Of a DNA stretch of 39,445 nt, positions 1 to 6,466 are shown one piece after another. The notes under the pieces are model-generated. The model worked only from the letters and a program-made list of their open reading frames with translations, was not told the DNA's origin and ran no database searches. The translations under genes and the position numbers were made by a program. This DNA is from a virus (lineage: Duplodnaviria; Caudoviricetes): IMG/VR virus record IMGVR_UViG_3300044878_000091, positions 1-39,445 of that record; one strand, given 5' to 3'. How positions within the stretch are numbered: position 1 is the stretch's first letter; each line of letters opens with the position of its first letter.

Positions 1-127
1 CCACCCCTGTGCCGCCAAGGAGGCGTCCATGAAAGACCCCAATGATTGACGGCATCCCTGCAGTGCTGGGCCTCGCCTCCCCGCTCGGGGCCACCATCGC
101 CGTGTTCTATCTGGTGTTCACCGGCCG
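1..127. repeat. Direct repeat of the window end (39319-39445); circular-assembly overlap
   Basis: First 127 nt are identical to the last 127 nt and lie inside the lysis region; 127 is a typical assembler k-mer size. Confidence 0.95.
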
Positions 128-368
128 GTTGTGGGTCCGGGCCGCGCACGAGGACGTTGTCCGCGTCCTGCAAAACCAGATCACGGCCATCACCACCGAC
201 CGGAACAACTGGCAATCCGCGGCCAACCTGGCCAACCAGACTAACGCCGACTTGGCCAAGACCAATGCGGCCTTGATCGAGACCGGCCGGTTCTCCACTC
301 ACGTCATGTCCGCCCTGCAGGAGAACGCAGGAGGTGGACATGAAGCTCTTCCAGCGCCATCGCACTAA
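42..368 (+). CDS. Lysis-cassette membrane protein (N-terminal TM helix plus coiled coil)
   Basis: Hydrophobic LGLASPLGATIAVFYLVFTG followed by a heptad-like polar region; first gene of the overlapping cluster ending in the endolysin. Confidence 0.75.
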   Translation: MIDGIPAVLGLASPLGATIAVFYLVFTGRLWVRAAHEDVVRVLQNQITAITTDRNNWQSAANLANQTNADLAKTNAALIETGRFSTHVMSALQENAGGGHEALPAPSH

Positions 369-579
369 ACGCCCCAAGCTGCCCGAAATGGAAACGGTGG
401 ACCACTCGCTCGCCACAGCGGCAATCGACCACGCCGTGGAAGCCCACCAAGCCGCCCAGGCGCAAGCCACCGAGGCCCGGCAGGTTGTCGCCGAGCTCCG
501 GCAGGTCAACCTCCGCAACGGGTTCGCGCCGGCCATCGAAAAATCCGTGCTCCAACGATTCCAAGGGAGGCCCGTATGA
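340..579 (+). CDS. Small conserved lysis-cassette protein (helical, RNGFAPAI motif)
   Basis: GGAGGTGG RBS before ATG 340; overlaps neighbours; resembles small proteins found between actinophage lysis membrane genes. Confidence 0.7.
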   Translation: MKLFQRHRTKRPKLPEMETVDHSLATAAIDHAVEAHQAAQAQATEARQVVAELRQVNLRNGFAPAIEKSVLQRFQGRPV

Positions 580-884
580 AGGCCGTCTACATCGGTTACC
601 TTGCCGCGTCCGTGTGCATCTGCCTGCCGTTCATCTACTGTGTTACCGCCCCGGACTGGTGGAGGTCCCGCACGGGCCGCGCCCTCATGATGCTCCTCGG
701 CTCGCTCGCGTCCCTGTTCATCCTGCTCATCACCACGGGCATCTTCGGCGACTACCCGCTCCGCGAGCTCGTCCGTGCCGTGATCTACAGCGCGGTGCTG
801 CTGGCCGGCGTCCGCCTGGCGGTGCTGTTCTTCCAGCTCCGACTCGGTGCCGACTGGACCAAGCGAAAGGACGAACGCCCATGA
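576..884 (+). CDS. Putative holin (3 TM segments, WWRSRTGRALM motif)
   Basis: GGGAGG RBS, ATGA overlap with upstream gene, three hydrophobic stretches, basic C-terminus, directly before the endolysin. Confidence 0.75.
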   Translation: MKAVYIGYLAASVCICLPFIYCVTAPDWWRSRTGRALMMLLGSLASLFILLITTGIFGDYPLRELVRAVIYSAVLLAGVRLAVLFFQLRLGADWTKRKDERP

Positions 885-1645
885 GCGACTTCGGATACCC
901 GACAACGTGCCTGATGAATCAGGACTGGATGGCGGAGTTCGACGACTGGAACGGCGACGGGCACGTCGACTACCCGGGCGGCTTCTACCACTCGATCGGC
1001 TGGGACGGCCACAACGGTCTGGACTTCCTCTGCCCCAAGAACACCCCCATCTACGCCTCCAACTCCGGCACCGTCGAGTTCGCCGGCGCGGTCGGGAACC
1101 ACTGGCTCCTCTCCGGCGGCGGCAACGCGGTGCTTCTGGCGCACCCCGAGCACCGGGTCCGTACCGAGTACCTGCACTTCACCACCGTCGTTGTCACGGC
1201 CGGGCAGGCCGTCGGCAAGGGCCAGCTGCTGGGTTACTCCGGGATGTCCGGTGCGGCCAACGGCTACCACCTGCACTTCGGATTCATCCCGATGGACAAC
1301 GTCAACCTCAGCAACCGGGCACGCGGGCGGATCAGCCCGTGGCCCTACCTCGAAGGCGGACTCGCCGCCCAGGGGATCATCAACGCCGTACAGAAGGGCA
1401 CCACCGTGGCACTCGACATTCATGACCTTGAAGCTATCCAGGGTCTCGTGCAGACCGAACGCAAGACCATCGTCAACGAGATCCGGTTCGGCTTCACCGA
1501 ACTCGGCAAGGCCATCGACGGGAAGGTCTACGAACTCAAGGTCTGGGACCAGAAGACCGACAACGAGACCGGCGACCGGATCATCAACGAGGCCCGCGCC
1601 CGCGAAGCCGCAGCGAAGGCCGCCGCCGCCAACGGCGGGAAGTGA
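881..1645 (+). CDS. Endolysin, M23 family metallopeptidase
   Basis: HNGLD (HxxxD), EYLH and HLHF (HxH) motifs plus GQLLGYSGMSG; GAAAGG RBS and ATGA overlap put the start at 881 rather than 485. Confidence 0.9.
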   Translation: MSDFGYPTTCLMNQDWMAEFDDWNGDGHVDYPGGFYHSIGWDGHNGLDFLCPKNTPIYASNSGTVEFAGAVGNHWLLSGGGNAVLLAHPEHRVRTEYLHFTTVVVTAGQAVGKGQLLGYSGMSGAANGYHLHFGFIPMDNVNLSNRARGRISPWPYLEGGLAAQGIINAVQKGTTVALDIHDLEAIQGLVQTERKTIVNEIRFGFTELGKAIDGKVYELKVWDQKTDNETGDRIINEARAREAAAKAAAANGGK

Positions 1646-1649
1646 ACCC

Positions 1650-1988
1650 ATGCTCCTGACATCGATCCTCCGAACCGTCGTCCCGGCCCTGTGGGGAAGC
1701 TTCATACTCTGGGTGATCGGCCTGATCCCGGCGCTGGCACCCCTGAAGGACCAGATGCTCGGGCTCTCTGACATCATCCTGCCGATCATCAGCGCGGTCA
1801 TCATCGGCGCCTGGTACGCCTTCTGGCGCTGGCTCGAACCCCGGCTGCCCGACTGGCTCACCCGCGCCGCCCTCGGATCCGCCAAGACGCCCACGTACCC
1901 CGGCCAGCCGGTATCCGGCAGCCAGGTCCCGAACGTCAACCCTGAACAGCACCTGACCGCCGGCACCAGCGAACACCTCAGCACGTAA
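1650..1988 (+). CDS. Holin-like membrane protein (2 TM)
   Basis: ILRTVVPALWG...WYAFWRWLE...LGSAKTPTY pattern typical of actinophage membrane genes after the endolysin; ends at a terminator. Confidence 0.75.
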   Translation: MLLTSILRTVVPALWGSFILWVIGLIPALAPLKDQMLGLSDIILPIISAVIIGAWYAFWRWLEPRLPDWLTRAALGSAKTPTYPGQPVSGSQVPNVNPEQHLTAGTSEHLST

Positions 1989-1989
1989 G

Positions 1990-2027
1990 CGAAAGCGCCC
2001 GTCCACTCCGGTGGACGGGCGCTTTCG
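1990..2027. terminator. Bidirectional intrinsic terminator
   Basis: Perfect 17-bp inverted repeat CGAAAGCGCCCGTCCAC-TCCG-GTGGACGGGCGCTTTCG between convergent genes. Confidence 0.9.
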
Positions 2028-2044
2028 TGCGTGTCGAGGATCGC

Positions 2045-2455
2045 CTATTCAGTAAATGCCGGCGCTGCGGCCGGGGCTGACTTCACAGACAGCTTCTTCA
2101 CCAAGCCGATGATGAGGGCGGGGACGCTGGTAATGATCCCAGCCAGCCCCACCATCGCCAGCGGCGTCAACTGCAAAGCCACGAGTGTGAAAAGAAGGAT
2201 GATCCCAGCAGGGAATGCAATCACCGCGTAGATCAGCGGCGTGCTCCCCGGTTTCCGGCCTTGCTCCTTGTAAACGCCCAAGGCAATCAACGTCGCCACA
2301 ACAGCCCCGGCCATGAGGACGACAGCCAGCGTGGAGAGGATGTTACCGGCAGGACCGGTCACCTTGCCTAACGCGAACATCATGATGATGAACAACACCG
2401 GACCAACAACGGCGCAAATGGCCGCTACTTTGAATACTTTCCCCTGATTAGTCAT
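2045..2455 (-). CDS. Four-TM integral membrane protein (accessory)
   Basis: MTNQGKVFKVAAICAVVG... with four hydrophobic helices; -10-like TACACT 6 nt before the ATG (leaderless). Confidence 0.75.
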   Translation of the reverse strand: MTNQGKVFKVAAICAVVGPVLFIIMMFALGKVTGPAGNILSTLAVVLMAGAVVATLIALGVYKEQGRKPGSTPLIYAVIAFPAGIILLFTLVALQLTPLAMVGLAGIITSVPALIIGLVKKLSVKSAPAAAPAFTE

Positions 2456-2513
2456 TCGCTTAGTGTAATCACGCGCATGCCGTCGTTCGTCACCAGCCCG
2501 TAGACTCGCGGCC

Positions 2514-2870
2514 ATGGCATCGTTCACCCTCGACGGGGAGACCTACGAGTACCTCCGGCCGGGCCCTGGGGACCCTCCCGAGGACACCAGCTCGTGGGAG
2601 TACGGCAACTACCCAAAGGTCATGGCGAGCATCCCACTGGCCGGCGGCCGCACGGTGGACGTCTACGGCCACGCGAGCCGCTGGACCCCGTCCGAGATCG
2701 CCGTGTCCTGGGCAGACGACGGCGACCACGCACACTGGGCATGGATCCCCGCCAGCAACGCCCGCCGCGTCACCGACTCCGAATGGGACATCGAGGAATA
2801 TCGGCGCTGCCCGGAGAAGCTCCGCGGCATCCGGTGGGGCGACAGGCCCCCGGGGTTCCTGCCGGCCTAG
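2514..2870 (+). CDS. Hypothetical Trp-rich beta protein (accessory)
   Basis: Phage-like codon usage; -10-like TAGACT 7 nt before the ATG. Confidence 0.75.
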   Translation: MASFTLDGETYEYLRPGPGDPPEDTSSWEYGNYPKVMASIPLAGGRTVDVYGHASRWTPSEIAVSWADDGDHAHWAWIPASNARRVTDSEWDIEEYRRCPEKLRGIRWGDRPPGFLPA

Positions 2871-2889
2871 CGGTCGCTAGCATGGGCAC

Positions 2890-3117
2890 ATGCCTTCGAG
2901 CCCATGGAACACCGCCAGGACGTCCACCGGCCTACCCCGCATGGCATTCACACTTGAAGAGGTAGCCGAGATGCTGGCCGAACCCGTTCAGACGGTCAAG
3001 AGGCACTGCCAGACTCAGGCCCTCCGCGGGGCGTATAAGACTGGCGGAAAGACGAGCCCGTGGCGGATCCCACCGAAGGCAATCGACTATTACCAGGCAA
3101 CACGGCCCAACGCATAG
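2890..3117 (+). CDS. Excisionase/MerR-type (HTH_17-like) DNA-binding protein
   Basis: FTLEEVAEML...TVKRHC...LRGAYKTGG...WRIP pattern; TAGCAT 6 nt before the ATG. Confidence 0.75.
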   Translation: MPSSPWNTARTSTGLPRMAFTLEEVAEMLAEPVQTVKRHCQTQALRGAYKTGGKTSPWRIPPKAIDYYQATRPNA

Positions 3118-3130
3118 GTGATTGCCGCCC

Positions 3131-3346
3131 CTAAGCGAAAGGGTCCGGCTCGACTTCAGCGGCCCAATCGGGCGGTGGCGGTGGATTCCTGATCTTTTCG
3201 ATTAGAGCCTCCACGTCATCCGCAGCGAACATCACGCGGACACCCACTCGAGTGAACGTTTTGTACTGGCGGGCGAGACGCCGGACGGTCGACTCATTGA
3301 GGCCGAGCTCTTCGGCAACTTGAGCAGGTGACTTGAAGTACGGCAT
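3131..3346 (-). CDS. Excisionase/MerR-type HTH protein
   Basis: SPAQVAEELGLNESTVRRLAR...RVGVRVMFAADDV. Confidence 0.75.
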   Translation of the reverse strand: MPYFKSPAQVAEELGLNESTVRRLARQYKTFTRVGVRVMFAADDVEALIEKIRNPPPPPDWAAEVEPDPFA

Positions 3347-3353
3347 GCCGGGC

Positions 3354-3659
3354 TCAGCCGATCCGTCGTGCGAGCTCGTTTAGGAGCCGCTGCGTACGGA
3401 TTTCTTCCAGAGAGGTCTTGACCTCGCGCACATCAGCCTCGGCATCCGTGATTAGCCCAGCTGCGGCCAGGGCGTGGAGCACGTTCTGATTGAATGCGCG
3501 CGCGAATTGGACGGCGAACCTCGGGTCCACGTTCAGTCCGTTCTTCCACCGCGTCATGGCTGACTGGTCGAAGTGGGCGTGGTCAGCGACTTCCTTTGCT
3601 GTCATGCCATCCGTGACTGCGAGGACGTAGGCGTACCAGCGCGACTGCTTACTTTGCAT
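3354..3659 (-). CDS. XRE-family HTH repressor-like protein
   Basis: TAKEVADHAHFDQSAMTRWKNG HTH and ALAAAGLIT C-terminal motif as seen in actinophage immunity repressors; TAGTTT 6 nt before the ATG. Confidence 0.8.
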   Translation of the reverse strand: MQSKQSRWYAYVLAVTDGMTAKEVADHAHFDQSAMTRWKNGLNVDPRFAVQFARAFNQNVLHALAAAGLITDAEADVREVKTSLEEIRTQRLLNELARRIG

Positions 3660-3811
3660 CCCAACAAACTATCGAAGAAATGGCGGCCCACTGCCATCTG
3701 GCTTACCACCAGAGCGTCTGTGAAAGTCCATGGTGTTCTGAGGGAAGATTTAGGCCATTGGCTAAAGTCATGGCTACAGTGGCCCCAATTGGGGCATGTC
3801 CGTTAAACCAG

Positions 3812-3837
3812 AAAATCCCCGCCGTAGCGGGGATTTT
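3812..3837. terminator. Terminator hairpin downstream of the reconstituted tRNA 3' end
   Basis: AAAATCCCCGC-CGTA-GCGGGGATTTT, immediately 3' (minus strand) of the tRNA fragment. Confidence 0.85.
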
Positions 3838-3840
3838 GAG

Positions 3841-3891
3841 GGTAGCGGTGGGGAGGCTCGATCTCCCGACCTCACGATTATGAGTCGTGCG
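3841..3891 (-). other. attP core: 3' half of a tRNA-Met(CAT)
   Basis: Reverse complement reads CACGA-CTCATAA-TCGTG (anticodon arm), AGGTC, GGGAG-ATCGAGC-CTCCC (T arm), CACCGCT-ACC (acceptor 3' strand); 5' half absent; lies just upstream of the integrase. Confidence 0.9.
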
Positions 3892-4061
3892 GTCAGGTAT
3901 CATTGAGACTAGAAAACACCGGAAACACGCGGAAAACCCCGTAGTTGCGCGGTCCAGAAACTCCCAGAAGTTTCTAGGAATGGCTACAGTAATGGCTACA
4001 GTTAAGAAATGGGTCTAGAATCGGGCCAGCGAACACCAAAGAAACGACGGCAGGGGACGCC

Positions 4062-4256
4062 ATGGAAACAGAAGCGAAGCAGCCAACGCACGAGGACTGG
4101 CAGCGAGCAATGCAACGCCGCGACCAGGCAGCACGACGCGCCGTCCGAGCCTTGCTTGACGGCAAGGCTGACGAGGCAATGCAGCAAGCGCTCAAGTACG
4201 ACGAGAACGACGACACTATGTGGGCGATCACGAAGCAACTCGATGGCCCGCGGTAA
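4062..4256 (+). CDS. Small helical hypothetical protein overlapping the integrase start
   Basis: AGGGG RBS before ATG; plausible amphipathic sequence; 14-nt overlap with int. Confidence 0.6.
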   Translation: METEAKQPTHEDWQRAMQRRDQAARRAVRALLDGKADEAMQQALKYDENDDTMWAITKQLDGPR

Positions 4257-5439
4257 AGGCGAGGGCGCCGTATACAAGCGCGGAGACGGCATGTGGTGCA
4301 CGGCCATTGAACTGCCTGCCGGGCTTGACGGGAAGCGTCGCCGGAAAGTCGTCTGCCGGAAAGCCAAGCCTGACGTCGTAGAAGAGATGCGGAAGATCCA
4401 GGCAGAGCTCGCCAAGCACGGCGACCTGCCCACCAGCAGCATCACTCTCGAAAGGTGGGCGGCGCACTGGATGGACAAGATCGCTCCGAAGGACATCAAG
4501 CCGCGCACCCTCGCGGGATACCGCACTGTGGTCAACGGCTACATCCTCCCGGTGCTCGGTAAGAAGCTGCTCGGGAAGATCAGCGCCCAGGATGTCCGCC
4601 GCCTGCACGATGTCATGTCTGCCACTCCGAAGGATCCGAAGCTGCGCGACGGACGCGAGCTGCCGGCGGGAACCGTGATGCTCTCCAGCACCTACGTCCT
4701 GCTCGCACACAACGCTCTGTCCGTCATGCTGGCCGCCGCCATGCGGGAGGGGAAGATATCCGCCAACCCATGCGACATGGTCTCCCGGCCGCGGAAGCAG
4801 AAGGCCGAACAGGCCGCCCTCACGCTTCCGCAAGCCATCGAACTACTCGCACACCTCACACCACGGGAAGACCGGGCACTTTGGGCCACCTACCTACTCA
4901 CCGGGGCCCGGCGCGGCGAAATCATCGGGCTAGAACGCGACAGGGTCACCGACGTCCTCGATCTGTCCTGGCAAATGCAACGCATCACCGACGTCAGCAA
5001 GGCGCCGGCCGACTTCGAGTACCGGCAAGTCAAGGGCACCCTATACCTAACCCGGCCCAAGTCCTCGTCAGGGTGGCGCATCATCCCCCTCGTGGAACCG
5101 CTGAAGTCCATCCTTGAGCTGCACATGCAGACCCCCGGCGATGACGAGCTGATCTTCCACGAGGACGGCCGCCCATGGGACCCTGACCGGGTCACCAAGG
5201 CATGGAAGAAGCTCATGATCGGCGCGGGCCTACCTGACGACGTCGTACTCCACGGCGCCCGACACACCACCGTGGACCTGCTCTACGCCGCCAAGGTCCC
5301 AGAAGACATCATCCAAGCCATCGTCGGGCACTCCACAAGGCAGATGACACGTTTGTATCGGACTCGTGTGGACGAAGGCAGGCTCAGCGACGGCATGAAG
5401 TCCCTCTCTCAACTCCTGCAACCTCAGCACGACTCCTGA
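4243..5439 (+). CDS. int: Tyrosine integrase
   Basis: RGKGEGAVYKR N-terminus; catalytic TGARRGE, RPKS, HGARH, VGH and LY motifs; adjacent to tRNA-derived attP. Confidence 0.95.
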   Translation: MARGKGEGAVYKRGDGMWCTAIELPAGLDGKRRRKVVCRKAKPDVVEEMRKIQAELAKHGDLPTSSITLERWAAHWMDKIAPKDIKPRTLAGYRTVVNGYILPVLGKKLLGKISAQDVRRLHDVMSATPKDPKLRDGRELPAGTVMLSSTYVLLAHNALSVMLAAAMREGKISANPCDMVSRPRKQKAEQAALTLPQAIELLAHLTPREDRALWATYLLTGARRGEIIGLERDRVTDVLDLSWQMQRITDVSKAPADFEYRQVKGTLYLTRPKSSSGWRIIPLVEPLKSILELHMQTPGDDELIFHEDGRPWDPDRVTKAWKKLMIGAGLPDDVVLHGARHTTVDLLYAAKVPEDIIQAIVGHSTRQMTRLYRTRVDEGRLSDGMKSLSQLLQPQHDS

Positions 5440-5446
5440 AATAACG

Positions 5447-5476
5447 AAGGCCCCGCCAACCGGCGGGGCCTTTTTT
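5447..5476 (+). terminator. Intrinsic terminator after int
   Basis: AAGGCCCCGCC-AACC-GGCGGGGCCTT plus T-run, between convergent genes. Confidence 0.9.
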
Positions 5477-5480
5477 GCGT

Positions 5481-5705
5481 TCAGAGCTTCGGCAACTCGA
5501 ATCCCAAGGTGGATGAGATAGCTTCAACGTCGTTGAGCGTGAAAGGCACTTCATCCCGGAGCCGTTTCCCCAGGTAGCTTCGGGAGAGTCCGGCAGCCTC
5601 GGCAAGTCCTTGCGCCGTTATCCGGTCCCGCGCCATGACCATGCGCACATGCGCGGAAAAAGCGCGCGAGAGCGGTCCGGGTTCCGGCTGTTTACCAGTG
5701 GGCAT
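5481..5705 (-). CDS. XRE-family HTH repressor-like protein (second)
   Basis: ITAQGLAEAAGLSRSYLGKRLRDEVPFTLNDVEAI HTH; TAGCAT 7 nt before ATG 5705. Confidence 0.8.
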   Translation of the reverse strand: MPTGKQPEPGPLSRAFSAHVRMVMARDRITAQGLAEAAGLSRSYLGKRLRDEVPFTLNDVEAISSTLGFELPKL

Positions 5706-5757
5706 AACCATGATGCTATCCGTCCGTAGCATGCCTAGACTCGATCGCCGCACGAGC

Positions 5758-5874
5758 GGCCCATATGGCCCCCGATGTCCCATATGGGCCTGACGAGGGA
5801 CGACTCCAAACTACCCCCGGATTGGGTGGCATGCATAGAGGCAACTTAGAACTTATGCCCCATATGGGGCATAA
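5758..5874. promoter_or_regulatory. Cluster of CCCATATGG(G) palindromic operator-like sites
   Basis: GGCCCATATGGCCC (5758), GTCCCATATGGGCC (5777) and perfect TTATGCCCCATATGGGGCATAA (5853-5874), the last overlapping a CATAAT -10-like hexamer. Confidence 0.75.
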
Positions 5875-5946
5875 TGTCGCGAGGGGACGGTTCGTCCCAA
5901 CCGACTTCACCCGGCTGTCTGCCGGATGGTTTATGGTGTTGACCAA

Positions 5947-5962
5947 TAGAACATATATTCGA
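5947..5962. promoter_or_regulatory. Putative LexA (SOS) box
   Basis: TAGAAC-ATAT-ATTCGA versus the actinobacterial consensus TCGAAC-N4-GTTCGA (2 mismatches), 18 nt before ATG 5981. Confidence 0.7.
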
Positions 5963-5980
5963 ACAACGGGGGCAAGCTGT

Positions 5981-6124
5981 ATGGCAAGAGAAGCTCGATC
6001 TGACAGCACTATCGCGGGGACCGTCAAAGAGTTGGGTGACGCCGCGGCTGCGGCCGGCGTCCGGCCGTCGATGCTTATTGCTGAATACGAGCTTCTGCGC
6101 GCTGCATCAGAACCTGAGCGCTAA
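5981..6124 (+). CDS. 47-aa putative SOS-induced antirepressor (truncated XRE C-terminal helices)
   Basis: GGGGG RBS, SOS box upstream; TVKELGDAAAAAGVRPSML matches Cro TVSELGKVATALNVHPSTL at 11 of 19 positions. Confidence 0.6.
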   Translation: MAREARSDSTIAGTVKELGDAAAAAGVRPSMLIAEYELLRAASEPER

Positions 6125-6317
6125 GGCCTAGAGCCTCCGCCACCTTGAAGAAGACCGGCATGGGCATGCTTCGGTGACCCTTGATGTAGCGGTTCAGTGT
6201 GACGCGGTCCATGCCCGCCTTCTCCGCCAGGTCTTTCTGGTCCATGTCGCGCTCAGCCAGTTCAACTTTGATCTGAGTTGACAGGGCGGCTTCGAGGCGA
6301 TCTCCGTACGTGTTCAT
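6075..6317 (-). CDS. Probable immunity repressor (XRE HTH, no protease domain)
   Basis: MDQKDLAEKAGMDRVTLNRYIKG HTH; divergent from Cro; TAGATT 7 nt before the ATG. Confidence 0.85.
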   Translation of the reverse strand: MNTYGDRLEAALSTQIKVELAERDMDQKDLAEKAGMDRVTLNRYIKGHRSMPMPVFFKVAEALGLSAQVLMQRAEARIQQ

Positions 6318-6330
6318 ACGTTCAAATCTA

Positions 6331-6466
6331 TAGTCGCTTGGTCGCTTTAACAACTATTTGGTCAACTGTTGTGCCCATACGGTGTACTCGTCTTCCAAAT
6401 GGCCACTACTTGGACACGTCGAATTACACGCTTGCAATTAACCGTTTGGTTACTTATAGTCGTCGT
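6331..6466. promoter_or_regulatory. Genetic switch: divergent promoters and operators
   Basis: Rightward TTGCAA-17-TATAGT (6432-6460) with palindrome TAACC-GTTT-GGTTA in the spacer (6439-6452); related sites TAGTCGCTTGGTCG (6331), CAACTATTTGGTCA (6351) and CCACTACTTGGACA (6403). Confidence 0.85.

Larger units (their letters stand above)
3759..4002. promoter_or_regulatory. attP region with integrase arm-type direct repeats
   Basis: TGGCTA(A/C)AGT at 3759, 3771, 3981 and 3993 (two pairs, each 12-bp spaced) flanking the tRNA-derived core; 10-bp phased (A/G)GAAA repeats at 3911-3940 as candidate Xis/host-factor sites. Confidence 0.8.

Noticed and set aside
485-880. N-terminal extension of the endolysin given by the ORF track (386 aa)
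   Set aside because: Overlaps two better genes in other frames; RBS and ATGA coupling support ATG 881
944-970. DWNGDGHVD calcium-binding-like loop in the endolysin N-terminus as a separate domain
   Set aside because: Single short motif that could be chance; cannot be supported without structure prediction
3841-3891. Functional phage tRNA-Met gene
   Set aside because: Only the 3' half is present (no acceptor 5' strand or D arm); context indicates attP
3759-4002. Short repeats as a CRISPR-like array
   Set aside because: Only 10-bp repeats in two pairs with no spacer periodicity; better explained as integrase arm sites
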